The notes under the pieces: model-generated
Database searches by the model: none
The model's input: only the letters and a program-made list of their open reading frames with translations
What the model was told of the DNA's origin: nothing
Shown here: in pieces, positions 1-9,569 of the stretch
Layout of the letters: each line of letters begins with the position of its first letter
Numbering within the stretch: position 1 is the stretch's first letter
Assembly: GCA_003164215.1 (NCBI GenBank)
Contig: PLSR01000017.1
Coordinates: 28,656 to 92,655, forward strand
Source: Candidatus Kaiserbacteria bacterium
Lineage (GTDB): Bacteria > Patescibacteriota > Minisyncoccia > Phycocordibacterales > UBA2100
Direction of reading: 5' to 3'
DNA length: 64,000 nucleotides
Position numbers and translations under genes: made by a program

Positions 1-1
1 T

Positions 2-65
2 GAAGCACAGTTGCAGACCCTTCTTGCTGAGATCACCGCGCTCGGCGCGACGACCACACAAACTC
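2..65 (+). CDS. 3' end of an upstream + strand CDS; frame 2 reads ...EAQLQTLLAEITALGATTTQTQ* with TAA at 63..65
   Basis: Open frame running in from the window edge, ending at a stop codon; no function assignable. Confidence 0.3.
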
Positions 66-418
66 AGTAATCCTTTGGATTGTCAGGGACAATATTATTA
101 TTTGATCTTCGTGACGCGGACCTCGTCAGAGCTGATCCTTGCAAGGCATTTTGTATCCCGATACCCGCTAAAATGCCCTGTTGGTAACTCGCTTCGCAAC
201 CCCCTAATACTAAGCTAGGGTCTTGGACGGTACCCGAGTCGGGGGTATCATGTTCCTTACACATCCCATAACGGCCCGAAAGGGTAACGGCCTAAACCTT
301 CAGCAATGAGGGCATGGTCGCGGAATCGCGTTCAACATAGACAACCCGTCATTCAGGGCGTTGAACGCGTTATATGGGGAAACTCATATAGGGCCTTCGG
401 GCCTCCTGGTGGCGGGCT

Positions 419-1123
419 TTGTGTATTCAAAGTCCATTCTCCAAGGAGGCGATTATAAGCTTTGTAATCGCACACAATGATATGTCCAATGACAATCAGT
501 CCTCCGAGGTTAAGACAAAAAATATCACGTTCGGTTTTGTGATCGCATGGATCTTTGCAGTCATCGTCGGTATTCCCGGCATCATGATGCTGTTTGAATC
601 TGGCAATCAAGTTGCCGGTTTGCTCTTTATCCTCGCGGCACTCGTGGCGTTGCCGCCCTTCAATGCGTTCATTAAGAGCAAGAGCAATATTGGTCTCTCT
701 GGCGGCCTCCGCTTCGCCCTCATCGTCGTGCTTTGCATCGTCGCGGGTGTAGTTGCATCAAAAGGACCCGCATCCTCTTCGGATGTTTCCGTTCCGGCCG
801 CATCTGACGCCGCCGCAGGAACGCAACAGGCCGCACCGCAAGTCCTCCTCAATATCAAAGGTAACGGTACCAAGACGACACAGACCTTTATTACCGCCGG
901 AGCATGGGATCTCTCATATACGTACGACTGTTCCAACTTCGGTGCCCAGCAGGGCAACTTCATAGTGTACGTGTATAACAGCGACGGATCGATGTCACTC
1001 AGCAACACCGGCGTGAACCAACTCGGCAAGAGCGGATCTGACGTTAATCATTACCACACCGGCGGCTCCTTCTATCTCACCATCAACTCCGAGTGCGCGT
1101 GGACGGTGACCGTGACGGGGTAG
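419..1123 (+). CDS. hypothetical membrane protein with two N-terminal TM helices and a C-terminal beta-rich, probably extracellular domain
   Basis: ORF with hydrophobic segments (FGFVIAWIFAVIVGIPGIMMLF; LLFILAALVALPPF) followed by a Ser/Thr/Gly-rich region. True start may be the internal M at about 481. Confidence 0.5.
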   Translation: MCIQSPFSKEAIISFVIAHNDMSNDNQSSEVKTKNITFGFVIAWIFAVIVGIPGIMMLFESGNQVAGLLFILAALVALPPFNAFIKSKSNIGLSGGLRFALIVVLCIVAGVVASKGPASSSDVSVPAASDAAAGTQQAAPQVLLNIKGNGTKTTQTFITAGAWDLSYTYDCSNFGAQQGNFIVYVYNSDGSMSLSNTGVNQLGKSGSDVNHYHTGGSFYLTINSECAWTVTVTG

Positions 1124-1133
1124 GCCCCGTACT

Positions 1134-1868
1134 ATGATCAACGAGGCGATCAACTCGAAGATACTCGCGACTTGGAACAAGCACTTTGGCGCGAATGACG
1201 AAGTGCTTGCCCCGATCTTCTACGATGACTTCAAACAAGGAGGCTTGCTATTCGTCGGCATGAACCCATCGTTCAATCCGAAAGGGATGCGTGCGATCTT
1301 GCGCGGAACGGAGTTCGAGAAGCTTGATTTTGAATCTTTTTCCAAATGGAGCACTGCTATGTCGGATCCCACTCACGTCGATACCTCCATACGCATGGGG
1401 CGGCTCGTCAAAGAAAAATACTCTCCCCTCAAGCGCATGCATGAGATCGCGAAGGAGTGCAACACGCATTTCCAGCACATCGACCTCTTCGTATATCGGC
1501 AGACGAATCAAAACGAATTTCTGCCGCTCATTCGTGATACAAAGCGGGTGCTCAACGAATTTGGACGCGACCAGCTTGAGATATTTCTTGAGGCGCTCAA
1601 GGAGATACGACCTGAAGCCATCGTCGTTTCCAATGCCGGTTCCTGCGGAATCATACGGGAGCATTTCAAAGACAAGTTATTCTTCGACGAGCATCGCGGA
1701 TTCCACTGGCTCACATTGGACACCGAGCGCGTACCGGTTTTCTTTTCCTCCATGCTGAGCGGCCAGCGGGCGCTCGATACCGGATCATACGAGCGCCTCA
1801 AGTGGCACGTAGTACAAGCCGCAGGCAAACGACCGCCCGCGCGATTGAGCGTGAAGATTGAAATCTAA
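1134..1868 (+). CDS. divergent uracil-DNA-glycosylase-superfamily-like protein (Mug/TDG-like motifs)
   Basis: N-terminal LLFVGMNPSFNP resembles Mug motif GINPG. C-terminal PVFFSSMLSG resembles Mug LPNPSGLS. Size about 244 aa. Sits beside the phage terminase genes. Confidence 0.4.
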   Translation: MINEAINSKILATWNKHFGANDEVLAPIFYDDFKQGGLLFVGMNPSFNPKGMRAILRGTEFEKLDFESFSKWSTAMSDPTHVDTSIRMGRLVKEKYSPLKRMHEIAKECNTHFQHIDLFVYRQTNQNEFLPLIRDTKRVLNEFGRDQLEIFLEALKEIRPEAIVVSNAGSCGIIREHFKDKLFFDEHRGFHWLTLDTERVPVFFSSMLSGQRALDTGSYERLKWHVVQAAGKRPPARLSVKIEI

Positions 1869-1885
1869 CGCTTTCCCAAGAGGAA

Positions 1886-3382
1886 TTAATAGAGCGGAAT
1901 ATACCTCGGCACGACGGGCGGCTTTTGCACAACACTCAGTACGAGATTCACGAACGCATCGGACAGATCGTCGTGTTTCTCGACGCCGAAGTGAATCATT
2001 TGATTGAGGAGTGCCTCGACCCTGCTTCTTGGAAAAAGGATTCTACCTTCCTTGATCATATTCGCGGTGAGATAGAGCCTCGTGCGCTTGTCTTTAGAGC
2101 CGGGATGAACAGTCTGTACGTTCTTGAACCCCTCAGCCTTCAGTTGTTGGGGGAGGGCCGCTTGATACCCGCCGATCTCGACGATGAACGTCGGCTTCTT
2201 TGACCCCTCGGTATATTTGCGTTCGAGCGCCTTGCAGAGGTCAATTGTCTCAGGGAAGGTGATTCTACGGTTTACGATGTCGGGCAAGATGTACACTTTC
2301 GTATCCTTGCCGTCGCCGAAAAGCAGTCCGGGCACCATAGCGGTGTAGTCGGCCGTGTCTTGTTGCGATATCGCAGGATCGATGCCGATGCGAACGCTGG
2401 CATGCTTGGTATATCCGAACTCATCGCGCTCACTGCGATCGGGCAACTCATCGTAGTACTTGATCCATTCGCGGCGAATGACCTGTTCGTCGCGCGGCAC
2501 GTTCTCCAGGAGATACTCCTGCCGCCATGCCAAGTCGCTCACGACGCTTTGCCGTAGCTCCTCTATTTTCTCCGGCGTGTCGAATTTCTCCGGCCACAGC
2601 GGCTTGCCGTCTTTGATGAGCGGAAACCAACGATACAGTCCCTTCAATTCACCTTTGTCCATTTTGTCCTTCAACCGCATGACAAGCGAATCCTCGTGGA
2701 GAAAGTTGCCAACCATCATGATACGCGTACCGATGTCGCCGAGCGGCGCAATCTCGCGGGTGAACCAGTCGAAGAGCTTGTTGCGACCCTCGATCGTCTT
2801 GACCGAGTTCACGTCCTCAATATCGTCCAAGATCAAGAGGTCGGGACGGTGCTCGTGGTGCCTAATGCCGCGTATCGACTGGTCGATGGACGCGATAGTG
2901 AGTCTCGCGCCGGTGTTTTGGAAGACGAGCGATGAGATCGCCCATTGATCGTTGCTCGTTTCCTCGCGGAAGGGTCCGAGGTCGCTTCGCAAGAGCGTGT
3001 TTTGCTCCAGCTCATACTTGATGTTGGCCATTTGCTGCCTCGCTTGTGACTGGGTCTGGCAGATGATGAGTACAAACTTGCGCTGTTGCGCTCCCAAGAT
3101 TGCCCATAATGAGTAGGAGAATGTTATCAGCGTCGACTTGCCCGAGCCGCGAAACGCGACGATGCACGAAAGCTTGTTCGACATATCCTCGGTGATGCGG
3201 AATATCTCTTTTTGAAACTCCGCTACCGGATACTTGATGTAGTGCGGAAAGTAGGTGTGGAAGAACAGCACGTGGCTCTCGCGCACGACGAACTGCCGCA
3301 CCGTGCGGTCTTTGGCGAGCGCCTCCTGCAGTTCTTTTTCACTCAGATTCATGATGTTCGGTGAATGCCTTCGCCAACGCAA
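1886..3382 (-). CDS. terL: phage terminase large subunit
   Basis: Walker A AFRGSGKST and Walker B LLILDDIED in the ATPase domain. C-terminal RNaseH-like nuclease region (GIDPAIS...DYTAMV). Probable true start MNLSEKELQ at 3352, overlapping the upstream small-terminase-like gene. Confidence 0.88.
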   Translation of the reverse strand: MRWRRHSPNIMNLSEKELQEALAKDRTVRQFVVRESHVLFFHTYFPHYIKYPVAEFQKEIFRITEDMSNKLSCIVAFRGSGKSTLITFSYSLWAILGAQQRKFVLIICQTQSQARQQMANIKYELEQNTLLRSDLGPFREETSNDQWAISSLVFQNTGARLTIASIDQSIRGIRHHEHRPDLLILDDIEDVNSVKTIEGRNKLFDWFTREIAPLGDIGTRIMMVGNFLHEDSLVMRLKDKMDKGELKGLYRWFPLIKDGKPLWPEKFDTPEKIEELRQSVVSDLAWRQEYLLENVPRDEQVIRREWIKYYDELPDRSERDEFGYTKHASVRIGIDPAISQQDTADYTAMVPGLLFGDGKDTKVYILPDIVNRRITFPETIDLCKALERKYTEGSKKPTFIVEIGGYQAALPQQLKAEGFKNVQTVHPGSKDKRTRLYLTANMIKEGRILFPRSRVEALLNQMIHFGVEKHDDLSDAFVNLVLSVVQKPPVVPRYIPLY

Positions 3383-3734
3383 TGAGCGTAGCGGATTTCT
3401 CGACCTGCTCGGGCGTCATCTCCCGCACAGTCTCGAGTGTACCCTCGATCTCCAGTCGGTTGCGATATTCCGCGCGGTAGGTTTTCAGCCACAGTCTGAT
3501 GGAGCGGTAGTCGCTCATCTTTATCATGTTCATGAGCTGTCCCTCGGCGATGTCCGAGATGAAATCGCGCCCGTCGTACACGGCGGCGTCGACCGCCGCC
3601 GCGAATTTCGGATCCTTTTTCTTCCATTCGTAGAACGCGGTCCTGCCGATGCCCGTCTTAGCACAGGCGACCTCGACGACCGGCGTTTTCTTCAGCTCCT
3701 CGATCACTTTCTTTTTTATCACCGCGCTCTTCAT
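3339..3734 (-). CDS. small-terminase-like / phage HTH DNA-binding protein
   Basis: 131 aa, immediately upstream of and overlapping terL. HTH-like segment AKTGIGRTAFYEWKKK. The position is typical of terS. Confidence 0.5.
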   Translation of the reverse strand: MKSAVIKKKVIEELKKTPVVEVACAKTGIGRTAFYEWKKKDPKFAAAVDAAVYDGRDFISDIAEGQLMNMIKMSDYRSIRLWLKTYRAEYRNRLEIEGTLETVREMTPEQVEKSATLIALAKAFTEHHESE

Positions 3735-5080
3735 ATCTTTTCGGCCTTGAGCCCCGTGAGTTTCTCCAGGCGTTTGAGGATTACGGCGGTGTAAACGTTG
3801 CTCTTCTCCATGAGATAGCAGCGGCGCTTCATCTTGAGCGCGGCAGCTGCCGTAGAACCGCTACCACCGTAGGGCTCAAAAATCACATCGCCGCGCTTGC
3901 TAAGGACTTTGAGGTACGGGATGAGTATTTCCACCGGCTTGGTGCCGAAGATAATGCCTTGGCCCGACGACTTCTCATCAGCCGCGATGTGCTCGATGAA
4001 ATCAGTCGGGCAGTACTTCTTGCCCTTCGCGTACGGCTCCCAGTGCGGCTTACCCGAACTGGCGAAGAGCGCCGTTTCGTACTCTTCTTGAAGCAGTGGC
4101 TCCTCCGGCTCGAGGTTAAGGCCAACGTGGCCCGAGGTACCCACGAGCGCGATGTCGTGCTTGTTAAAAAACTTGTACTTCGCGCTAAAGCCCTGGACTC
4201 TGTTAGGTAGGTGCCAGACTATCGTGTTGCGATATCTCCAGTGCACCTCGAGCGCATTCCATATGGTGCGAAGGTTTTTGGGATGCTCGAAGATGATTAT
4301 CGAGAAGTCCGGCTTTTGAACCTTTGTCACATTGGCCATCCAGAGGTCGCTAAAGTTCTCCGGCAGTGTCTCGGTGCCCAGGTAGACGCGGTTTTTCTTC
4401 GCGCCGAACCCGCGCGTGACGCCGTCTTTCTGCTTCGTTTTGCCTTTGAGATAGTCCAAAATATAGGGAGGGTCGGTTAGGCACATGTCGGCTTTCTCGC
4501 CGTCCATGAGCGCGAGTACATCCGCTTCGACGGTGCTATCGCCGTTCATCACGATGGCGTCGCCCACACGAAAGCGATCACCGTGCTTGATATCGACGTT
4601 CGTAATTTCGAGCTTCGCAAGCTCCTTCGCGAGATCAAACACCTCCGGCTGCTCGTCGATTCCGAAGATGTCATCGAGTTCTTCGGAGCTAAACCCGATG
4701 CCCGCGAGAATGGACTCGTCGAACTCGGCGAGCGCCTTGAGATCGAACTCCGCCACGTTTTTATTCAACCGAATGATGAGCTCGGCCTCGCGCGTGGGAT
4801 CGGAGATGGTGATATACACGACCGGCACGGTTTCGTAGTGAAGTTCCTTCAGCACTTCGGCTCTCAGATTTCCTCCCAAAATTATTTTCTCGCGTCCTGG
4901 CGCGTTATTCACTATGAGGGGGTCGACGATGCCGTATCCCTTTATCGACTCCTTGACCTGCGCGATGACCTCCTTCGACCAGACGCGAGGATTTTTCTCG
5001 GGGTGCCGCAGTGACGCGAGTGGCACGTAATCGATCTTTAATGTGGCTGATACTGGCGCACTATGGATTGTTTTGTCCAT
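3731..5080 (-). CDS. ParB-like N-terminal domain fused to an N6-adenine/N4-cytosine DNA methyltransferase (phage-type)
   Basis: ParB-N region (GIVDPLIVNN...ILGGNLRAEVLKEL). Methyltransferase motif IV DPPY (CLTDPPYILDY) and motif I FEPYGGSGSTA. The listed GTG start at 5122 lies inside a terminator hairpin, so ATG at 5080 (MDKTIH) is preferred. Confidence 0.8.
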   Translation of the reverse strand: MDKTIHSAPVSATLKIDYVPLASLRHPEKNPRVWSKEVIAQVKESIKGYGIVDPLIVNNAPGREKIILGGNLRAEVLKELHYETVPVVYITISDPTREAELIIRLNKNVAEFDLKALAEFDESILAGIGFSSEELDDIFGIDEQPEVFDLAKELAKLEITNVDIKHGDRFRVGDAIVMNGDSTVEADVLALMDGEKADMCLTDPPYILDYLKGKTKQKDGVTRGFGAKKNRVYLGTETLPENFSDLWMANVTKVQKPDFSIIIFEHPKNLRTIWNALEVHWRYRNTIVWHLPNRVQGFSAKYKFFNKHDIALVGTSGHVGLNLEPEEPLLQEEYETALFASSGKPHWEPYAKGKKYCPTDFIEHIAADEKSSGQGIIFGTKPVEILIPYLKVLSKRGDVIFEPYGGSGSTAAAALKMKRRCYLMEKSNVYTAVILKRLEKLTGLKAEKI

Positions 5081-5101
5081 GGTATTAATGGTTACGCAAC
5101 G

Positions 5102-5154
5102 AAAAAACGCCCAGACACGCACCCGACCGTAAGGTCAGATATGTGTCTGGGCGT
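5102..5154 (-). terminator. rho-independent terminator on the minus strand, downstream of the zinc-ribbon gene
   Basis: Perfect 12-bp stem ACGCCCAGACAC/GTGTCTGGGCGT (5107..5118 and 5143..5154). A run of six A on the plus strand (5102..5107) gives a U-tract on the minus strand. Confidence 0.6.
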
Positions 5155-5214
5155 TCCAGACGATGCTCTTCTAATTGTGGCTCACAGAACTACCTGCGCC
5201 TATTATAGCATGCC

Positions 5215-5493
5215 CTAGGAAAGCGCACTATTGTCGGCCACTCCAATGGTCTCCGCGACGTGCGCGACGATATGCTCCGTCCCGCAGTCGGGGCAGGTTA
5301 TGGTCACGGTTGAGGGGTTGCCGCCCGGTTTGACGGTCTGGTAGCGCGGGCGTCCTTGTTTGGGGTGCACCATGAACTCAATGGCGTTCGTCGCCAAGTC
5401 CTTCTTATATATGGTCGTCCCGCAGTCGCATCGACCGGTACGGACGACTCTGCTATCCCCTTGGGGGATGAGCTTTATGACATCATTATCCAT
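5215..5493 (-). CDS. small zinc-ribbon protein
   Basis: 92 aa with CDCG...CPDCG Cys pairs, followed by the terminator. Confidence 0.5.
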   Translation of the reverse strand: MDNDVIKLIPQGDSRVVRTGRCDCGTTIYKKDLATNAIEFMVHPKQGRPRYQTVKPGGNPSTVTITCPDCGTEHIVAHVAETIGVADNSALS

Positions 5494-5826
5494 ACCTGCA
5501 TTTTACCACGCAACGGTTTTTATCGAAAAAGCGAACACGCCGTACTGGGCCTTTTCGTGTTCGGTTTGTTCGGTTTTGAAATTAGACCCCGACACACAAT
5601 CCTCAAAATCATCATTCGCGGAATCGCTCAAAAACCCTTACACTGATTGATGACCATGGGTACTTAACCCATGTCGCCGCTTGAAAATCCCAGTACGGTA
5701 TCGCTCCGCCTATTCCGTCGCAAAAATGATAGGGGAATCTCCCGAATCGCTTGGAACCGACCCATACCGGCCCCCATCAGCCGGACATACTATATAGACG
5801 CCAAAAAACCTTGTGATGCTTGACCG

Positions 5827-6555
5827 GTGGGGTACGGTATCGCCACGGGCAACAAATTCGAACTTCTCTATGCTCGGCGTGATAAAATTGCGCTCATGGA
5901 TGTGAACAAAAAAATACGGTTGGCGAGCGTTTTTGGCATCTGTTTTCTTGTTATCACCGTCATTAAACAACTCCTCACTCCTGGATTGCATCAACTGCAG
6001 CCTGCATCGTATGCGGCGTTCTATGCGTACTTTTTCGCGTTCGCGATCCTCATGATATTTTTTTTCGGAACCTACCTCCTCTCGTTCGGCGGTTATCTGC
6101 TTCTTGCACGTAAATACCGCATTCGTGGACTCACGACCGGGGCACTGATCTTGATGGGAGCGACCGCGATCCTCTGCGTCGCAATTCTGGTGAGCTCGTT
6201 GCAAATGGATCTGCAGGGCGATGCGACGATCGCCAACGACATTGCGGCTTTGGCGCTCGGATTCTATATGATCGACCCGTTCGTCATCGGACTTTTGACG
6301 ATGCGTCTGAAAGGGGATCTCGGCGGTATTGCGTACGGCCCCGTAACTGTCGGTGCCGCTATTGCACTGTACGGGATCTATTCCTACGGTTTACCGATGC
6401 TGGGAAGTCAGCCGATAGCGTTCTTGGGGAATTTCGTTTTCATTCCCATTCCTGAGGCGGCATATGTAATCGCGAGCATTCTTCTTTTTCGCAAAGCAGC
6501 CCGTGGAGAAGAAGGAAGGGGAGTCAACAAGCCCCGTGCTATCCTTAACGTATGA
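5827..6555 (+). CDS. polytopic membrane protein, hypothetical
   Basis: At least six hydrophobic helices. Start may be the internal MDVNKK at about 5899. Confidence 0.5.
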   Translation: MGYGIATGNKFELLYARRDKIALMDVNKKIRLASVFGICFLVITVIKQLLTPGLHQLQPASYAAFYAYFFAFAILMIFFFGTYLLSFGGYLLLARKYRIRGLTTGALILMGATAILCVAILVSSLQMDLQGDATIANDIAALALGFYMIDPFVIGLLTMRLKGDLGGIAYGPVTVGAAIALYGIYSYGLPMLGSQPIAFLGNFVFIPIPEAAYVIASILLFRKAARGEEGRGVNKPRAILNV

Positions 6556-7037
6556 ACAAAGCCGAAGACAAATCATTCGCGGTGCTTCGCATCATCTTTG
6601 GCGTCATCTGGCTCATTGATGCGTCGTTCAAATGGAATCCCACGTTCATCAATAACTTCACGGACTACCTGACGGGGGGAGCCGAGGGTCAGCCCGCGCT
6701 CATTCAAGCGTGGATCAATTTGTGGGTAAAAGGTGTAAGTATTGATCCGCATTTTTTTGCAGTTCTCGTGGCTATCTGCGAGACCGCGCTCGCGCTCAGC
6801 CTTATGTTCGGATTTCTAACTGAAATCGGCATCGCGGGCGGCATTGCGCTTACACTCGTTATTTGGACCACTGCCGAGGGATTTGGTGGACCGTACGTCG
6901 CCGGGTCGACCGATATCGGAGGCGCTATTATTTATGTGATCGTTTTCGTTGCCCTGTGGCTCGGTAGATGTTGGCGTCAGTACAGTCTTGATCCGTACAT
7001 ACGGAAAATGTTGCCATTCTTATACTGGCGTTGGTAA
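6552..7037 (+). CDS. DoxX-like membrane protein
   Basis: 161 aa with four TM segments. LRIIFGVIWLIDASFKW is DoxX-like. 4-nt overlap with the previous gene. Confidence 0.5.
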   Translation: MNKAEDKSFAVLRIIFGVIWLIDASFKWNPTFINNFTDYLTGGAEGQPALIQAWINLWVKGVSIDPHFFAVLVAICETALALSLMFGFLTEIGIAGGIALTLVIWTTAEGFGGPYVAGSTDIGGAIIYVIVFVALWLGRCWRQYSLDPYIRKMLPFLYWRW

Positions 7038-7088
7038 TGACCCCGCTATGGTGTCTGACTCCGAAGCAAGTGGCTATATAATTTCCCC

Positions 7089-7712
7089 ATGCGCTCTGCC
7101 AACCGATCTCGGCTCAGGATGCTGAAGCGCTTCAGCTTCTTTATCTCGATCGTGGTGGTCGCTCTTCTGCTCGCACTGATATTCTTCAGTATTCATGACG
7201 AAGCTTCGGTGCTCACTTACGCACGGAAACAGATCCCGTTACCGACCGCCGAGAACCCTAATTTCCTGATGCAGGTCATGGATTGTTTCCTGCCGACCGC
7301 AGCCGTTTATGGATATGATCTGCGCATCACCGCCGGTTTTCGTTCGTTTGCACAACAGCAACAGATATATGATGAGGGGCGCACAGAGGATGGCAACATC
7401 GTCTCAGAAGCGCCGCCGGGGCACAGCTTGCACAACTATGGGTACGCGGTCGACGTCGTCGATCGGCTGCGGGGGTACGATATCGACTGGGCGCAGTTGA
7501 TACGCATCGGTCAGTATTGCTCGCTCGAATCCGGCGGGCCGGGCGACCTGCCGCATTTTGAATATCGCGGCGGCCTCACGACCGATCAATTCGCCGAAGG
7601 AATGCGGCCGCCGCCCTTGACGTTGCCGTGCGCGGTCATGGCGGAGCGCACGGCCTCGAGTTCGCCGCTTACCATGAGCGATCTCAACGCGTGCGGTGCG
7701 CCGAAGTTTTGA
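7089..7712 (+). CDS. peptidase M15 family (D-Ala-D-Ala carboxypeptidase / VanY-like), membrane anchored
   Basis: N-terminal TM. SxHxxGxAxD-type zinc-ligand motif GHSLHNYGYAVDV. A TATAAT lies immediately upstream (7074..7079). Confidence 0.7.
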   Translation: MRSANRSRLRMLKRFSFFISIVVVALLLALIFFSIHDEASVLTYARKQIPLPTAENPNFLMQVMDCFLPTAAVYGYDLRITAGFRSFAQQQQIYDEGRTEDGNIVSEAPPGHSLHNYGYAVDVVDRLRGYDIDWAQLIRIGQYCSLESGGPGDLPHFEYRGGLTTDQFAEGMRPPPLTLPCAVMAERTASSSPLTMSDLNACGAPKF

Positions 7713-7758
7713 ACTCGACCCAACTTCACCTCTCGATGGAGTGTTATATAATGTAGTC

Positions 7759-8223
7759 ATGCAACCGAGCGAAGCATCCGCGAACCGAACATCAAAGATC
7801 TTCAGATGGGTCCAGATCCTATCCTCGATCGGAGTGCTCCTCGCCCTGTATTTGCTCTGGGAACAGCTCTCTCATTCGCCGTTCAAGCCGTGCGATATCA
7901 ATAGTATCGTGAATTGCGATGCGATCATCTCGGGCGCCGTCTCGAAAACGCTCGGCGTTCCGACGCCGCTCTATGGTCTCATCGGATATATCGTTATTTT
8001 TATCTCGGCGACGTTCCAATGGAAACGCGTGCTCTTAGGGATGGCGACGTTCGGGCTCGCTTTTTGCCTGTGGATCGGATCCATAGAGATCTTCCAACTG
8101 CACGTAGTGTGCCCCGTGTGCATCACCTGCCAGCTCGTCATGATCACGGTGTTCGTGCTCGGGATCCTTCTACAACGAAAGTCCGTGCTTGGAACGGGAG
8201 GGGGTGATACACTTTCTGTATGA
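7759..8223 (+). CDS. vitamin K epoxide reductase (VKOR) family thiol-disulfide oxidoreductase
   Basis: Multi-TM protein with CxxC redox motif (CPVCITC) and loop cysteines (PCDINSIVNCD). ATG at 7759 follows a TATAAT; the longer listed ORF starts at 7696. Confidence 0.7.
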   Translation: MQPSEASANRTSKIFRWVQILSSIGVLLALYLLWEQLSHSPFKPCDINSIVNCDAIISGAVSKTLGVPTPLYGLIGYIVIFISATFQWKRVLLGMATFGLAFCLWIGSIEIFQLHVVCPVCITCQLVMITVFVLGILLQRKSVLGTGGGDTLSV

Positions 8224-8459
8224 ATGGATTTGATCCGACATACGGTCTGGTGGGTTTCGTCCAAACGAATGGGCTGCTCTTCGCGGTCTTGACGTTGTGG
8301 AGTCTCTTCTGGAAAGGGCTCGCGCTCTGGCATTCCGGTCGCCGCGGTCAACCGTGGTGGTTCGTGATATTGCTCATCCTCAACACCGTCGGCATTCTCG
8401 AGATCATCTATCTTTTCGCGATCTGCAAACTGAAGTTCTCGCAACTATTTTCGAAATAA
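8220..8459 (+). CDS. small membrane protein
   Basis: 79 aa with two TM helices; overlaps the VKOR stop. Confidence 0.35.
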   Translation: MNGFDPTYGLVGFVQTNGLLFAVLTLWSLFWKGLALWHSGRRGQPWWFVILLILNTVGILEIIYLFAICKLKFSQLFSK

Positions 8460-8717
8460 TCGGCTCGTGATCTCGACGATCTTTTGGCTTGATGTGTGCC
8501 CCGAGATGATGCGGATATCATTTGCGCGAACTCCGAAGTGTTTCGCTAATATTCGGATGATCGCATCGTTGGCCTTTCCGTCGGTCGGTGTCGCTTTGAC
8601 CGAGACTTTGTACGTTGGAATACCGGCTCTTATTGTATCGGTGTTGCCTGAAAGGGGCTTTATTTCCTCAACTTTTTCAACCTTCGCCTGTGGCTTCGCT
8701 TTGATGATTATTCTCAT
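8445..8717 (-). CDS. DUF167/YggU (UPF0235) family protein
   Basis: GKANDAIIRILAKHFGV...IRIISGHTSSQKIVEI matches the DUF167 signature. Confidence 0.65.
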   Translation of the reverse strand: MRIIIKAKPQAKVEKVEEIKPLSGNTDTIRAGIPTYKVSVKATPTDGKANDAIIRILAKHFGVRANDIRIISGHTSSQKIVEITSRLFRK

Positions 8718-8767
8718 ATGAGTTTTGTCACCATGACCGCGTAGCGTGATAGAATTGTGCTATCGCT

Positions 8768-9160
8768 ATGGAGTCTACCACTGCCAATCAGGTTTCCATC
8801 GAGCCGCTCGTTTGTTCGTACTGCCACCAGCCGGTCCTCTCGACCTACTTTTTTTGTCCGAATTGCGGTAATCGGCTTCATACGGCGCCGCTCTCGACTT
8901 CGATCGAAACGCAAGCGTGGATCTATGCTTTTAGCATAATCTTGCCGATGATGTGTTTTATTTTCGTAACGAAGTGGCCCGGGTGGAAATATTACAAATC
9001 GCGCGATCCGAAGGTAAAGACAGTCGGCGTGAATGCGATCGTGCTCATCGTTCTTTCAACGATCGTTACCCTTTGGGTCGGATATATATGGTCACAAGAG
9101 TTTATACAATCACAGGTCAGTAGCATTAATGCCGACCTTAATGCCGATATGGGGCCATGA
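8768..9160 (+). CDS. zinc-ribbon domain membrane protein
   Basis: CSYCHQ...CPNCGNRL zinc ribbon followed by two TM helices. Confidence 0.5.
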   Translation: MESTTANQVSIEPLVCSYCHQPVLSTYFFCPNCGNRLHTAPLSTSIETQAWIYAFSIILPMMCFIFVTKWPGWKYYKSRDPKVKTVGVNAIVLIVLSTIVTLWVGYIWSQEFIQSQVSSINADLNADMGP

Positions 9161-9256
9161 GAAAGATATCCACCATCAAATGGGGAGACGCTTTTTTGTC
9201 GGTATAATGAACGTCAGAAGGGGAAATTAACCGTGTCGTAACAACAACCTATATCT

Positions 9257-9556
9257 ATGTCGAAAAAAGTTATCATTCTGGTGGTGGTCGTTATCGTCCT
9301 CGCGCTTGGCGGTTGGTGGTACATGAATAACGCTTCCGGAAATACGGGCAACACGGCGGCAACGGCGCCCGCGCCATTGCCGACATCCACACAAACGTCA
9401 CAACCGCCCGCGCCCGGACAACCGACGACCGTCACCATTCCGGCGACCGGTTCGACGGATTCTGATCTGAGTCAGGAAGCCGCGGCAGTCGACACGCAGA
9501 TCAACGGTCTTACCACTGACAACGCAAGCGCGGACACGAGTTTGAACAGCCAATAA
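9257..9556 (+). CDS. small secreted or anchored low-complexity protein
   Basis: N-terminal TM or signal segment, then a Thr/Ala/Pro/Gln-rich tail. Confidence 0.4.
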   Translation: MSKKVIILVVVVIVLALGGWWYMNNASGNTGNTAATAPAPLPTSTQTSQPPAPGQPTTVTIPATGSTDSDLSQEAAAVDTQINGLTTDNASADTSLNSQ

Positions 9557-9569
9557 AACGTAAAACAAT

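Noticed and set aside
66-480. tmRNA, RNase P RNA or SRP RNA in the first intergenic region
   Set aside because: None of the diagnostic blocks are present (tmRNA GGATTCGAC or a tRNA-like 3' end, RNase P GGAAAGTCC/ACAGAAA, SRP domain IV). Kept only as an unspecified structured region.
5080-5122. Longer N-terminus (GTG at 5122) for the ParB-methyltransferase gene
   Set aside because: That start lies inside the 12-bp stem of the upstream gene's terminator, and the ATG at 5080 gives a conventional N-terminus.
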